64,000 nt of DNA from Octopus sinensis. Taxonomy: Eukaryota. Location of the stretch: the NCBI RefSeq assembly GCF_006345805.1, contig NC_043021.1, positions 15,872,001 to 15,936,000 on the forward strand. Reading direction: 5' to 3'. Positions 62,462 through 64,000 of this stretch are shown here, piece by piece. The notes beneath the pieces are model-generated. The model was not told the origin of the DNA. It did not search any database and saw only the letters and a list, made by a program, of their open reading frames with translations. Positions within the stretch are counted from its first letter, which is position 1. Every line of letters begins with the position of its first letter. Both the position numbers and the translations under genes were made by a program.

Positions 62462-62977
62462 CTATCAGCATAGCCTGGCATTGCCCAGGTATGTAAGAGC
62501 CCCTGGAGCAGACATGATGCTCGCTGTGAATTTTTAAAAAATTCCTGCCAATTTGAGAAAGATATTGTCGAAAATATGTCATCTTGAATTTGAACACGAT
62601 TTCCCAAAATGGCATGATTTTATCGATTTTTTCTGATGGTAAGGTATTGCATGGAAAACTAACATCAGAATTAAGTTTCTTAGGGTGACATTAAGCTTCA
62701 CCATGAGTTTGGTGAAAATCGATTGCAAGTTGCGAAAACTACAACAGAAAATGTGTTGCAAATAAAAAGCTTAGATTCTCGACCCCATGTCGAATTTATC
62801 GATTTTTTTCAGAACTGGGGGAACTTTTCAAAATTTTCGCTGCGTTAGTTTTGAATTACGACATTGGGCTATGTGTGTGTCAAGTTTCATCAAAATCGGT
62901 TGAAAGCCGTGGTCAGGGTAAGGGTACAACCTGACAGACACACAGACAGACAACTTGCCTTTTTATATATATAGAGA
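62462..62977 (-). mobile_element. Decayed non-autonomous Helitron
   Basis: Minus-strand TCTCTATATATATAAAAAGG start and a decayed 3' hairpin and end (actatcagcatagcctggcattgcccagg on plus). Confidence 0.6.
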
Positions 62978-63744
62978 TACCAAAGATATTGGAAATGTTC
63001 TTCCCAGTGTGGTGAGAAGTTTGCTTCCTAACCGTATGGTTCTGGGTTCAGTCCTAATGCGTGGCACTTTGGGCGAGTGTTTTCTACGATAACCTTGGGC
63101 TGACCAAAGCCTTGTGCGTGGATTTGGTTGATGGAAACTGAAAGAAGCCTGTCGTGTGTTTGTGTGTCTTTGTGCCTATGTCTGTCCCCCACAACAGGTG
63201 TTGGTGTATTTACATCCCCATAGCTTAGTAGTTCAACAAAAGCTACTGATAAAATAAGCACCGGGGTTGATTTGTTCGACTAAAAATTCTTCGAAGCAGT
63301 GCCCCAGAATGGCCATGGTCTACTGACTGAAACAAATAAAAGATAAAAGATATAATCCTAATCATTGTTAACTCCATCATCATCACCACCACCACCATCA
63401 TCATATTCTATCCAGTTTTTCCATGCTGGCATGGATTGGACAGGTCTGTTCCAGCACAGTGTATCAACATTTGTTGCTGTCCTCATCATCTGATAAGCAT
63501 AATACACACACACACCCTCTCCTTGAAGAAAACCCCAACAAACTTTTTCTTTTTTTTTTGTTGGGGTTATGGCTTAGACAGAAGGACAGCTTTCATGACC
63601 CTTTTATGGAACCTCTGACTGGCAGAAAGGAAGAAATGAAGTCCTTCTCTGACCAATCTAGTCCAAATGTTTGCAACAATATTTAATTAATCCATACTAC
63701 ACCGTAAGGAGCATAAAGCCTCAACCATTTCATGCTAAGAGAGA

Positions 63745-64000
63745 GATTAATTACTCTCACTTCATCTTCCATGCATCCTTTCCTGGTCTTCTTAGGTCAT
63801 CCAACTTCCCTCTTTCCTTCAGGTTTCCATCCTAACTCCTGTCTTGCAATACTGATTGGAGGTCTCCTTAGAATGTGACTAATCCAACCTCATTTTCTTT
63901 TCAGAATTTTTTTATTGATGTGAGTTTGGTTCATCTCATCCCACAGACATCTGTTTGCAGTTGTATCTGGACACCAGATCTTGAGAATAGCAGTCTCCAC
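63745..64000 (-). mobile_element. RTE-clade LINE C-terminal remnant (continues past window end)
   Basis: ILKIWCPD...KRK*GWISHILRRPPISIARQELGWKPEGKREVG*PKKT. Confidence 0.8.

Overview
AT-rich, intron-rich eukaryotic DNA. The SINE families and very long (TA)n/(TG)n/(CAT)n microsatellites suggest an Octopus or other coleoid cephalopod genome (inference, no search run). Two spliced genes lie head-to-head and both run off the window. On the minus strand is TYW1 (wyosine synthase): 8 coding exons from ATG 17227 down to 1214, about 368 aa covering the membrane anchor, the flavodoxin domain and the start of the radical-SAM domain. On the plus strand is TBL2 (WD40): 9 coding exons from ATG 31768 to 58376, about 374 aa. 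All exons have GT-AG boundaries and compatible phases. One 100-nt TYW1 exon occurs twice inside a near-perfect 989-bp tandem duplication. Introns are packed with tRNA-headed SINEs, Helitrons, mariner/Tc1 and piggyBac-type MITEs, foldback elements and CR1/RTE/mariner remnants. The most interesting signal is a set of hammerhead-ribozyme-like motifs in short repeats embedded in (TA)n tracts. One has a perfect core but a non-circularly permuted strand order (18403-18462, TYW1 sense strand). One is a G3:C8 compensatory variant with a palindromic stem III (19084-19134, TYW1 sense strand). One has a 92-nt structured stem II (26396-26522). Several decayed relatives also occur. Many long intronic inverted repeats could form ADAR-type dsRNA. 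Repeat coordinates were read by eye and are approximate to a few nt; exon and ribozyme coordinates were indexed base by base.
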